From: Nitrospirota bacterium
GTDB taxonomy: Bacteria > Nitrospirota > UBA9217
Direction of reading: 5' to 3'
DNA: 64,000 nucleotides
Assembly: GCA_963663225.1 (NCBI GenBank)
Contig: OY760142.1
Coordinates: forward strand, 320,001-384,000
The notes under the pieces were generated by a model that did no database searches, had not been told where the DNA came from, and was given only the letters and a program-made list of their open reading frames with translations. Each line of letters opens with the position of its first letter. Within the stretch, counting starts at the first letter, position 1. This document shows positions 55,341 through 64,000 of the stretch, piece by piece. Made by a program: the position numbers and the translations under genes.

Positions 55341-56471
55341 TTAAATATGCAGCACGTTACAGATGAACGTTATGATTGCCGTTGCCACCACAATGCCGAC
55401 AATGCTCGTGACCACCGCGGAGGTTGTCGCTTCACCGACCGCAGACGCGCTCCTGCCGCACTGCATCCCCCGGAGGCAGCTCGCAAGCGCTACAAGAACG
55501 CCGAAGACCGCAGCAGTAAACAACCCTATCCAGACATCCTTCAGATGCACGGCCTCCCGTGTCTTGTTGAAATACTCCATAAAGTTGAGATCGAGCATGG
55601 TTACGCCCACAAAGAGCCCCCCCAGAATGCCCATAAGGTCCGCGTAAAGGCTCAAGAGCGGCATCATAAGCGAAAGTGCAAGCATGCGGGGCAGCACCAG
55701 AAACTCCGTGGGTGAAATACCGAGAGTCCGCAATGCATCAATTTCCTCATTCAACTGCATGGTGCCGAGTTGGGCCGCAAAGGACGCCCCGGTGCGGCCG
55801 GCCATGATAATGCCTGTCATGACCGCAGCAAGGGCGCGGACCATGCCGATGCCTACAAGACTCGCAACGTAAATCTGGGCGCCGAAAATTTTCAGTTGGA
55901 TCGCACCAATAAAGGCAAGAATAAGACCGACAAGAAAACTTATGAGGGAAACGATGGGAAGAGCCTGTGCGCCGCATTCCTCCATGGTAAGGAAGAGATC
56001 CGTTTTGCGGAACCTTGCCTTGCCAATAAGAAACCTCCACACAGCCAGGCAGGTTTCTCCAATAAACGTCGTGATCGCTGAATGCGCCCGGCCGAAGGAA
56101 ACCGCGGCATCTCCCAATTGCTCAAGAATGGAGGCTTTTGCATCTTCCTCTCTATCGTTTTTCCATTCAGGAGCCGCTGATGCAAGCGAGAGAAGACGCT
56201 GTGCGCCCGGGGGAAGGCCCTCGTTGTTCACTGTTATATTGTTTGCCGTACAGAAATCCGTTATCTTGACCAGAAATGTTAAAAGACTGCTGTCCCAACC
56301 AGTCAATTCTTTTGAATCAAACACCACTTTGCTGATGTGAGAGGATCCCTGCACAGCATCTTTCACTTCTCCGGCAGCAGGAATCATGACGTGGTTTCTT
56401 TTCCACTCTCCGCTTAAATGGATTTGCAGGACATCATCAGTGGCATATGTTACACGTACCTGAGGTTGCAT
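55341..56471 (-). CDS. mlaE: MlaE-family permease with N-terminal STAS domain
   Basis: WDSS STAS-like region; AGRTGASFAAQLGTM...EEIDAL...G..P..FLVLPR. Confidence 0.9.
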   Translation of the reverse strand: MQPQVRVTYATDDVLQIHLSGEWKRNHVMIPAAGEVKDAVQGSSHISKVVFDSKELTGWDSSLLTFLVKITDFCTANNITVNNEGLPPGAQRLLSLASAAPEWKNDREEDAKASILEQLGDAAVSFGRAHSAITTFIGETCLAVWRFLIGKARFRKTDLFLTMEECGAQALPIVSLISFLVGLILAFIGAIQLKIFGAQIYVASLVGIGMVRALAAVMTGIIMAGRTGASFAAQLGTMQLNEEIDALRTLGISPTEFLVLPRMLALSLMMPLLSLYADLMGILGGLFVGVTMLDLNFMEYFNKTREAVHLKDVWIGLFTAAVFGVLVALASCLRGMQCGRSASAVGEATTSAVVTSIVGIVVATAIITFICNVLHI

Positions 56472-56562
56472 AGGGCCCCATCTCTATCCGGTCAAAGCTG
56501 AGGTCTTACAAATCCACCGGGTGTTCACTGGACAAGCTGAAAACAGCGAGTCAGCACTCATC

Positions 56563-56591
56563 AGTATATAATTATACCTATTTCTAATCAA
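56563..56591 (-). promoter_or_regulatory. sigma70-like promoter of the mla operon
   Basis: Minus strand TTGATT-N17-TATACT. Confidence 0.5.
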
Positions 56592-56854
56592 GAATTTTAG
56601 GAAACTGTGCGTCCGTTACGATGACTAACTTGCTGCAACGGGTGGAGCCCCTCCGGCAGGAACCGGAGGAACCCCCGATAAACGTAACATCACCAGTCTT
56701 GACAAGTGCGATAGCGCGAGTGCCGGGCACGTCTTATTGCATTTTTAACCCGATGGGCGTCGGGGGATTCAATGCCGCAGGAATTGATCTGGTGCCCAAA
56801 AAAAACGTCAGAAATTGTATCTCTTGGCCGGAACATCATAGCATCGCCGCCGTC

Positions 56855-58270
56855 TTATTCTCCTCCGCCGAGCACTTTATAGAGCGTCACCATCGAGCTA
56901 AAACGTGCCAACCGGACGGTAATCAAGTCCTGCTGCGCGCTGTAGAGCGAGCGCTGCGCATCAAGAAGGGTCAGGTAGCTGTCAATCCCGTGTTTGTAAC
57001 GCGCATCGGAAAGGAAATAACTTCTGGCAGTGGCATCCACAAGGGACTGCTGTGCAGCCAACTGGTCCCCCACCGTTCCCTTCTGGGCAAGGGCATCGGC
57101 CACTTCCTTAAAGGCCGTCTGAATCGCCTTTTCATACTGGGCCAGATAAATATCGCGGTCTGCCTTTGCGGCTTTCAAATTGGCAATATTGGTGCCAGCG
57201 TCGAAAATCGGAAGAACAACTTGAGGGGCGAAGGTCCACGCAGCAGAACCCGGTTTGAAAAGTCCGGACAGCTGGTCGCTCGTAGTCCCGATCGTAGTGG
57301 ATAATGAAATGCGCGGAAAGAAGGCAGCCCGTGCCGCACCGATGTTGGCATTAGCGGCTTTCAGCTGATTTTCCGCCTGCAGAATGTCGGGACGGCGCTG
57401 CAGCACCTCGGACGGCAGGCCGATACTGATATCTTGCAGCGTCGAGATCGAGTCCAACTCCCCGGGCAGCAGTTCTGCAGGAATCGGCGTCCCCACTAAA
57501 AGTGTCAGCGCATTCTCGTCCTGCGCCACCTGCCGTATGTAGCGTGCAATGTCCACGCGGGCAGCCTCTACCCTGGTCTGCGCCTGCCGCAAATCCAGTT
57601 CTGAGGACAAACCTGCTGCATGTCTCCGCTGAATCATATTGTACGTGGCCAGTTGGGCATCAAGCGTGTTCTGAGAGAGCTTCAGATGCTCCCGGTCCGA
57701 GGCAAATGTAAGGTATGTGTTCGCAACCTCGGCTACCAAGGATATCTGTGCGCTCCGGCGGGCCTGTTCAGTGGCAAAATACTGCTCAAGAGCACGGTCT
57801 TTAAGGCTTCTGATCCGGCCGAAGAGGTCCAACTCATAGGAACTGAACCCCAAGTTGGCGCTCCATTGCCGGCTGATATAGATGTCTCCCGTGCCTGAAA
57901 CGCTTGCAGGCAATCGCTGCTCGCTTCCCATGCCGGTGGCATTTATTGTCGGGAAAAGTGCTGCGCGCTGGATCTGGTACTGCGCCCGCGTCTTTTCGAT
58001 GTTGAGCGCTGCAATCCTGAAATCACGGTTATTTGCCAGTGCCAGTTCGATAACCTTTCTCAGCTGATCACTCGCAAAGAAATCCTGCCATTTGATGTCA
58101 AAAGCGGCCGGGGTAGGCTGCGTGGTCGTCGGTTTGGTGTCCAGGTAGGCGGTACCGGTCGGCCAGGAAGCGGGAACAGGCGCTTCCGGCCGGGTGTATT
58201 TCGGCGCCATGGTGCAGCCGGTCAGAGCAATGACAATTCCAGCCGTTATCATAAATAGATTCTTTTTCAT
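56855..58270 (-). CDS. RND outer-membrane lipoprotein (OprM/NodT family)
   Basis: LTGC lipobox, [30 protein letters not shown]. Confidence 0.94.
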   Translation of the reverse strand: MKKNLFMITAGIVIALTGCTMAPKYTRPEAPVPASWPTGTAYLDTKPTTTQPTPAAFDIKWQDFFASDQLRKVIELALANNRDFRIAALNIEKTRAQYQIQRAALFPTINATGMGSEQRLPASVSGTGDIYISRQWSANLGFSSYELDLFGRIRSLKDRALEQYFATEQARRSAQISLVAEVANTYLTFASDREHLKLSQNTLDAQLATYNMIQRRHAAGLSSELDLRQAQTRVEAARVDIARYIRQVAQDENALTLLVGTPIPAELLPGELDSISTLQDISIGLPSEVLQRRPDILQAENQLKAANANIGAARAAFFPRISLSTTIGTTSDQLSGLFKPGSAAWTFAPQVVLPIFDAGTNIANLKAAKADRDIYLAQYEKAIQTAFKEVADALAQKGTVGDQLAAQQSLVDATARSYFLSDARYKHGIDSYLTLLDAQRSLYSAQQDLITVRLARFSSMVTLYKVLGGGE

Positions 58271-58274
58271 AATC

Positions 58275-61200
58275 TCAATGCTCCCCTGATGGTTTTATAT
58301 CAGTAGTCTCGGCAGCTTCCTGTTTTTTCTGTCTGCCGAAGTTCTTTTGAATCAGCACATAAAAAAGCGGCGCAAATATGGTCACCAGGAAGGTCGAGGT
58401 GACCACTCCCCCCAGCACTGCGGTGCCGATGGCCTGCTGGGCGCCTGCTCCGGCTCCGGTCGCAAATGCCAGCGGCATGACCCCGAATCCAAAGGCCAGT
58501 GAGGTCATGACGATAGGCCGCATTCTCAGTTTGGCTGCTTCCAGCGTAGCATCGATCAGGCTCATCCCTTCTTCCACCCGTGCCTTTGCAAACTGCACAA
58601 TCAGGATGGCGTTCTTCGTGGTCAGGCCGAGCGTTGTCAATAACCCGATCTGAAAATAGACATCATTCGGCAATCCCCGGATGGACGATCCGATCACGCC
58701 GCCGATGACTCCCAGCGGAAGAGCAAGCAAAATTGAAACCGGGATCGGCCAGCTTTCGTACAAAGCTGCTAGACACAGGAAAATAACCAGAATCGAAAAA
58801 ACATACAATGGCGCTGCGTGAGATCCTGCCTGACGCTCCTGGTAGGAAAGTCCGCTCCAATCAAAACCAATCCCTTGCGGCAGCTTCTTCACGAAGCCTT
58901 CCATGGCCTGCATGGCCTCTCCGGAACTCCTCCCCGGTGCCGCCTCACCAAGAATGTTCAGGGATGGAAAACCGTTGAAACGTTCCAGCTTCGGAGATCC
59001 GGACGTCCAGTGGCCGGATGCAAAGGAAGAAAAGGGTGCCATTTTGCCGGCGTCGTTTCGCACACGGAGTCTTGAAAGATCACTGGGTAGCATGCGATAG
59101 GGTGCGTCTGCCTGGACATACACTCTTTTTACCCGTCCAGCCTGAATAAAGTCATTAACATACGCGCTGCCGAAAGCCGCGGAAATCGTATTATGGATCG
59201 TGGTGATGGGCACCCCCAGAGCTCCAGCCCTTTCCCAATCCACGTCAACCCGATACTCAGGCACGTCTTCCAAACCGTTGGGTCGGACTTTTGTCATTGC
59301 CGGGTCTTTTGCAGCCATGCCAAGGAGTTGATTCCGGGCTCCCATCAACTTCTCATGCCCCAGACCGCCCCGGTCCAACAACTGGAAATCAAATCCTTTG
59401 GCCTGGCCGAGTTCCACGACAGCCGGCGGCGCAAAGGCAAATACCATGGCGTTTCGGATCTTGGAAAATGCCCCCATAGCTCTTCCTGCCACAGCCGTAA
59501 CCTTCAGGTTAGACCGGTTCCTAAGCTTCCAGTCTTTGAGCTTGACAAATGCCAGGCCGGAATTCTGTCCTCTGCCGGAAAAGGCTACGCCCGAAACAGT
59601 CATTATTGCTTCTACCGCATCTTTCTCCTGCTCCAGAAAATAATTTTTGACTGACTCCATAACCTTGTCGGTCTGTTCCAAGGTCGAGTTCGCAGGAAGC
59701 ATGGCTTGCACCATCAATATCCCCTGGTCTTCGTCCGGGAGATATGCTGTCGGCATTCTCATAAAAAGAAAACCCATCACAACAACAATCAGCAGAAATA
59801 TCACCACGTAACGAAGCTTCTTGGAAAGACTCCGGCCCACCAGCACAAGGTAGTAGTCCCTGGCCCGGAAAAAAATTCGATCAAACCACCGAAAAAACGG
59901 ACGCAGGAACCACACCCCGCCCTCTGCCGGCTCATGCCCCTTCGGTACAGGTTTGAGAAAGGACGCGCAGAGGACCGGGGTCAGAATCAACGCCACCACC
60001 ACTGACAGCAGCATGGAAGCGATAATGGTAACTGAAAACTGTCTGTATATAACTCCGGTTGAACCGCTGAAGAACGCCATGGGACCGAAGACCGCTGAAA
60101 GGACCAGGCCAATACCGATCAACGCGCTGGTGATCTGGTCCATTGACTTGCGGGTGGCCTCAAAGGGTGAAATGCCTTCTTCGCTCATGATGCGTTCCAC
60201 ATTCTCGACCACCACAATGGCGTCGTCCACAAGAAGGCCGATGGCCAGCACCATGGCGAACATGGTGAGCATGTTGATGGAGAAACCGAAAAGTCCCAGC
60301 ACCGCAAACGTACCAAGAATCACCACCGGCACCGCGATGGTCGGAATCAGAGTGGCCCGCATATTTCCCATGAACAGGTACATGACCAGAAAGACCAGTA
60401 TGATAGCCTCAAACAACGTCTTAAATACTTCGTTGATGGCCACCCGAATAAACGGAGTGGTGTCATAGGGATAAACGACCTTCATACCGGTTGGAAAAAA
60501 ATGACTCATTTCTTCTAATTTTGCCCTGATATTGTCTGCCGTCTGGAGTGCATTGGCACCGGCCGCCTGCCTGATGGCCAATGCGGCAGAAGGCTTGCCG
60601 TTGAAGGTAGCCTGTATATCATAGACTTCCGTTCCGAGTTCTGTACGTCCCACATCCTTGACCCGCACAACAGATCCATCGGGATTGGTACGCAGAGGAA
60701 TTGCGGCAAATTCCGTCGGCGTCTTGAGCATACTTTGAACAACAATAGCCGCATTCAGGCGCTGGCCTTTTACTGCCGGCGCTCCACCGAATTGGCCTGC
60801 GGATATTTCCACGTTGTAAGACTTCAGTGCGGTAATCACATCCTGGACCGTCATCTGATAATTCGTCAGCTTGTCGGGGTTCAGCCATATCCGCATGGCA
60901 TACTGGCTGCCGAATATCTCGACTTCACCCACTCCCGGTACCCGCGAAAGAACCTTCTCCAGGTTGGACTGGGCATAATCGCGTAAATCATTTCCATCCA
61001 TGCTTCCATCTTGTGAAATCAGGCCCACAACCATCAAGTAATTCCGGGTGGACTTGCTCACCTTGACACCCTGGCTCTGCACAACCGCCGGCAGGCTCGC
61101 CATGGCAAGCTGGAGCTTGTTCTGCACCTGGGCCCAGGCAAGGTCCGGGTCCGTTCCCGGAGCAAAGGTAAGCTCGATGCGGGACTGGCCCGCAGAATCA

Positions 61201-61448
61201 CTGGTCGCCGACAGATACAGCATCCTGTCAAAACCGGTCATCTTCTGTTCGATAATCTGCGTCACGCTGTTTTCAACCGTCTCGGCAGATGCCCCAGGAT
61301 AAAAAGCAGTAATAGCAATGGACGGAGGAGCGATAGGAGGATACTGAGATATAGGTAGGTTGAAGATCGCCAGCAGGCCCGCCACCATCAGGATGATGGC
61401 AATAACCCAGGCAAAAACCGGGCGATTGAGAAAAAATCTCGATAACAT
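58275..61448 (-). CDS. HAE1 RND efflux permease (AcrB/MexB family)
   Basis: [42 protein letters not shown]. Confidence 0.97.
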   Translation of the reverse strand: MLSRFFLNRPVFAWVIAIILMVAGLLAIFNLPISQYPPIAPPSIAITAFYPGASAETVENSVTQIIEQKMTGFDRMLYLSATSDSAGQSRIELTFAPGTDPDLAWAQVQNKLQLAMASLPAVVQSQGVKVSKSTRNYLMVVGLISQDGSMDGNDLRDYAQSNLEKVLSRVPGVGEVEIFGSQYAMRIWLNPDKLTNYQMTVQDVITALKSYNVEISAGQFGGAPAVKGQRLNAAIVVQSMLKTPTEFAAIPLRTNPDGSVVRVKDVGRTELGTEVYDIQATFNGKPSAALAIRQAAGANALQTADNIRAKLEEMSHFFPTGMKVVYPYDTTPFIRVAINEVFKTLFEAIILVFLVMYLFMGNMRATLIPTIAVPVVILGTFAVLGLFGFSINMLTMFAMVLAIGLLVDDAIVVVENVERIMSEEGISPFEATRKSMDQITSALIGIGLVLSAVFGPMAFFSGSTGVIYRQFSVTIIASMLLSVVVALILTPVLCASFLKPVPKGHEPAEGGVWFLRPFFRWFDRIFFRARDYYLVLVGRSLSKKLRYVVIFLLIVVVMGFLFMRMPTAYLPDEDQGILMVQAMLPANSTLEQTDKVMESVKNYFLEQEKDAVEAIMTVSGVAFSGRGQNSGLAFVKLKDWKLRNRSNLKVTAVAGRAMGAFSKIRNAMVFAFAPPAVVELGQAKGFDFQLLDRGGLGHEKLMGARNQLLGMAAKDPAMTKVRPNGLEDVPEYRVDVDWERAGALGVPITTIHNTISAAFGSAYVNDFIQAGRVKRVYVQADAPYRMLPSDLSRLRVRNDAGKMAPFSSFASGHWTSGSPKLERFNGFPSLNILGEAAPGRSSGEAMQAMEGFVKKLPQGIGFDWSGLSYQERQAGSHAAPLYVFSILVIFLCLAALYESWPIPVSILLALPLGVIGGVIGSSIRGLPNDVYFQIGLLTTLGLTTKNAILIVQFAKARVEEGMSLIDATLEAAKLRMRPIVMTSLAFGFGVMPLAFATGAGAGAQQAIGTAVLGGVVTSTFLVTIFAPLFYVLIQKNFGRQKKQEAAETTDIKPSGEH

Positions 61449-61463
61449 GATGATACCTCTTCG

Positions 61464-62675
61464 TTATTTCTTTGTAGTTGTTGTGTTTGTTTTTACCGGC
61501 TCGGTTCCTGTCCCCAATTTCTGCTCTTCCGTAAACGGAACCTCTTTCACATCCGTGCCGGGACGTACTTTTTGCATCCCTTCCGCAATCACCCGGTCGC
61601 CTGCTGCAAGCCCCGAGGTGACAAGCCACTGATTCCCGATCGCCCGGTCAAGGATAAGCATCCGCTGTTCGACCTTGCTTTCAGCGCCGACAACATAGGC
61701 CAAAGGGTTCCCCTTCGGATCGCGCGAAACCGCCTGCTGAGGAATTAAAATGGCCTTCTCTTTGACGCCTTCACTCACGACTGCCCTGACAAACATGCCC
61801 GGCAGCAATATGTTTTTCGGATTGGGAAATACCGTCCGCAGAGTGACGGAACCGGTAGTCTGGTCTACTGTGACTTCCGAAAACTTCAGCGTGCCTGCTG
61901 AAGGATATGTGGTCCCGTCTTCAAGCAGCAGCTTCACCTTGGTCTGGTTTGCTCCAGCTTTTTTGAGCTGGCCGCTCGCCATTGCCTGCTCCATGCGCAG
62001 CAAGTCAGTACTCGACTGGGTCACGTCAACATAAATCGGGTCAAGCTGTTGTATCGTGGCAAGTGCGGTCGACTGGTTTGCCGTTACCAATGCACCGGTA
62101 GTGACTGATGATCTTCCGATCCTGCCGGTAATCGGCGCGACAACACGCGTGTAGGCAAGATTGATACGGGCGGTCTCCGCGGAGGCCTTGTTTGCGGTGA
62201 CGTCAGCCTCGGCCTGCTTGGACGCGGCAACAATTTCATCGTATTCCTGCTGGCTCACGGCTTTGATGGCAATCAACTCTTTATATCGCTCCGCTTTAAG
62301 CCTAGCAGGAACAACATTGGCTTCTGACCGTGCGAGTGCAGCCCTGGCGCTGTCGAAACTGGCCTGGTACGTGGACGGATCTATCTGGTACAGCACCTCT
62401 CCTGCCTTCACAATTGCGCCTTCCGTAAACAGGCGCTTCTGGATGATGCCGCCCACCTGCGGCCTCACTTCGGCAATGAGATAGGGAGAAGTCCGGCCCG
62501 GAAGTTCTGTAGTGAGCATAACGCGCTGTGGCTGGACCATAACCACACTAACTTCAACAGGGCCCGGTTTCTGCGCAGGGGCTTTTTTTTCACAGCCGGT
62601 CATCATGAGGCCGACAATCAAAATACCCATCAGGGTAATTGTTCCGGTTTTGTTAGTAACTTGCATATACCGCAT
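61464..62675 (-). CDS. RND periplasmic adaptor (AcrA/MexA family)
   Basis: MTGC lipobox, ELPGRT...AEVRPQVGG, APITGRIG, FPNP...LLPGMFV. Confidence 0.95.
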   Translation of the reverse strand: MRYMQVTNKTGTITLMGILIVGLMMTGCEKKAPAQKPGPVEVSVVMVQPQRVMLTTELPGRTSPYLIAEVRPQVGGIIQKRLFTEGAIVKAGEVLYQIDPSTYQASFDSARAALARSEANVVPARLKAERYKELIAIKAVSQQEYDEIVAASKQAEADVTANKASAETARINLAYTRVVAPITGRIGRSSVTTGALVTANQSTALATIQQLDPIYVDVTQSSTDLLRMEQAMASGQLKKAGANQTKVKLLLEDGTTYPSAGTLKFSEVTVDQTTGSVTLRTVFPNPKNILLPGMFVRAVVSEGVKEKAILIPQQAVSRDPKGNPLAYVVGAESKVEQRMLILDRAIGNQWLVTSGLAAGDRVIAEGMQKVRPGTDVKEVPFTEEQKLGTGTEPVKTNTTTTKK

Positions 62676-62733
62676 AATCTCTTTCCTCCACACAATGTAA
62701 TCAATTAGTTCCGTTGTAATCAACAGCGGTGTA

Positions 62734-63390
62734 TTATTTCCGTATCGCCTGATTTTTAGCGCGTAGTGCCAGAATTCCAGTCAGGGAAAAATCCGCAATA
62801 TGCTCGGCATACGCTTCTTCATCACAGATAGACAGCAGTCCGATTTTTTTTGCACATTTTTTCAGTTCCTCACGGCGGATGAGCAATGGCGTAGTGCACT
62901 GGCTTATAACGCTGATCGTGCAAAACCTGATCTGCATCTCTGTGGAAGACGGCCCGAGGAGTTCGCGGATCAAATGCTCAAATTTTTCATGCAACGGCTT
63001 GACTGTTTCACGAATCACGTCCTTGAGCAGTTCAGTTGAGGTGGCAAGCTCATTGTGGATGATGACAAACTCCTTGTTGTTCCTGTCCGCAATGCGCCGA
63101 ACCAGCGAGAGGATGTATCCCCGCAGACGCTCTTCCGCCGATGCATGCTCACTCACGCCTCCGTCCGGCGGATACACTTTTAACGATTCCAGGTAGGAAT
63201 ACCTCCATGCCTCCCGATACAGAGTTTCCTTGTCTCCGAAGTGGTAATTTACGGCAGCTATATTTGCGCCGGCTTTCTCGCATATTTCCGCAATGGTGGC
63301 ATCCCGGTAGCCTTTCGCTGCAAAAATTTCGCTTGCTGCTTCGAGCAGGCTGGTACTGGTTTTCCCTGGTTTTTTTCTGGCGAGATTCAC
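62734..63390 (-). CDS. TetR-family regulator (CecR/DUF1956-like C-terminus)
   Basis: FAAKGY...TIAEICEKAGANIAAVNYHFGDKETLY HTH; first gene of the RND operon. Confidence 0.92.
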   Translation of the reverse strand: MNLARKKPGKTSTSLLEAASEIFAAKGYRDATIAEICEKAGANIAAVNYHFGDKETLYREAWRYSYLESLKVYPPDGGVSEHASAEERLRGYILSLVRRIADRNNKEFVIIHNELATSTELLKDVIRETVKPLHEKFEHLIRELLGPSSTEMQIRFCTISVISQCTTPLLIRREELKKCAKKIGLLSICDEEAYAEHIADFSLTGILALRAKNQAIRK

Positions 63391-63434
63391 CGGCGCCTCC
63401 GCTGTCCGTTCTTATTGCACAAAATTAAAACACA

Positions 63435-63476
63435 AATTTCAAATAACAATTTAAATTAATTATTTATTTTTGTCAA
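63435..63476 (-). promoter_or_regulatory. sigma70 promoter of the tetR-RND operon with overlapping imperfect palindrome (putative TetR operator)
   Basis: Minus strand TTGACA-N17-TAAATT (63476-63448); the imperfect inverted repeat AATTTCAAAT-AAC-AATTTAAATT covers the -10. Confidence 0.55.
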
Positions 63477-63632
63477 GACAAAATTTCTTGTATATGTAAA
63501 ATACATTCTAGTCGCTTTTCGTTCGGGCCATAGACATTCTCCGGTATATTTCAAGAACAATATCTTTGATGTATAATTATCTTGTAGTTGATAATGCTGA
63601 TATCCAACACATTAAGGAGGCTCATATCCATT

Positions 63633-64000
63633 ATGGAGGAGAAACAAAGATTCAGCGCCGCGCAAATCATTTTTTTCATCGTCCTAGCAGCTGTACTATG
63701 GTGGCTCTTCGTACGGCCGGATGGAAAAATTACCGATGAAAAAGCAGAGCCCCGGGCGGTTGTTGCGCGAGGCGATCTTGCCCAGGAGGAAAAAACCGCC
63801 GTCGAAATATTCAAGAATGTTTCTCGTTCGGTTGTGTATATTTCGAGCATTGAACTCCGGCGCGATTACTTTTCCTTAAACGTGTATGAAATTCCTAAAG
63901 GGACCGGTTCGGGATTTGTCTGGGACAAGGATGGCAGGATCGTTACCAATTTTCATGTCATCGCGGACGCTGGCCGCATTGAAATAATTCTTGCAGACAA
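63633..64000 (+). CDS. HtrA/DegP-family trypsin-like serine protease (5' part, runs off the window)
   Basis: Manual translation: MEEKQRF...TM...SVVYISS...GTGSGFVWDKDGRIVTNFHVI (catalytic His motif); AAGGAGG upstream. Confidence 0.9.
   Translation, partial: MEEKQRFSAAQIIFFIVLAAVLWWLFVRPDGKITDEKAEPRAVVARGDLAQEEKTAVEIFKNVSRSVVYISSIELRRDYFSLNVYEIPKGTGSGFVWDKDGRIVTNFHVIADAGRIEIILAD

Noticed and set aside
56640-56770. Resemblance of CGGAGGAACC to the c-di-AMP (ydaO) riboswitch
   Set aside because: The other conserved elements are missing or out of order, and the orientation does not lead into a gene.
56621-57304. 227 aa plus-strand ORF
   Set aside because: Mostly antisense to the OprM-like gene, with no RBS or motif.
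1-64000. CRISPR arrays, tRNA/rRNA genes, transposases, integrases or phage genes
   Set aside because: None seen; intergenic gaps are short and lack regularly spaced repeats or cloverleaf signatures.

Overview
A 64 kb gene-dense bacterial window, most likely from a Nitrospirota- or Desulfobacterota-like anaerobe (inferred from gene repertoire and order, not from a marker gene). Bases 1-37 kb hold a flagellar and chemotaxis super-cluster on the minus strand. It runs fliLMNOPQR-flhBAFG-fliA, then a sigma28-driven che operon (HEAT protein, cheR, two cheY, P2-less cheA, a CheW-CheZ fusion, hemerythrin, cheB, three MCPs, cheW), then an NtrC/FleQ-type regulator, a TPR protein with a FleS/FleR-like pair, and flgBC-fliEFGHI. 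Promoter elements for the whole hierarchy are readable in the DNA (sigma70, sigma54 with IHF and GTCA-N6-TGAC boxes, sigma28). The 37-53 kb region is accessory: HD-GYP and GGDEF enzymes, two Tat flavin reductases with two multiheme cytochromes, a divergent sigma28-like module (vWA/coiled-coil/MinD versus TPR-Ig), and a PilH-like receiver with an output-less Cache-HAMP protein. The 53-64 kb region holds an Mla/MCE ABC system, a TetR-controlled RND pump and a partial HtrA-type protease. The most unusual items are two chemoreceptors with a cytoplasmic sCache_2 domain after the signalling hairpin, the CheW-CheZ fusion, the sigma28 vWA-MinD/TPR module and the output-less Cache-HAMP unit. No rRNA, tRNA, CRISPR array or mobile element was seen. 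All family calls come from reading motifs by eye; no searches were run.
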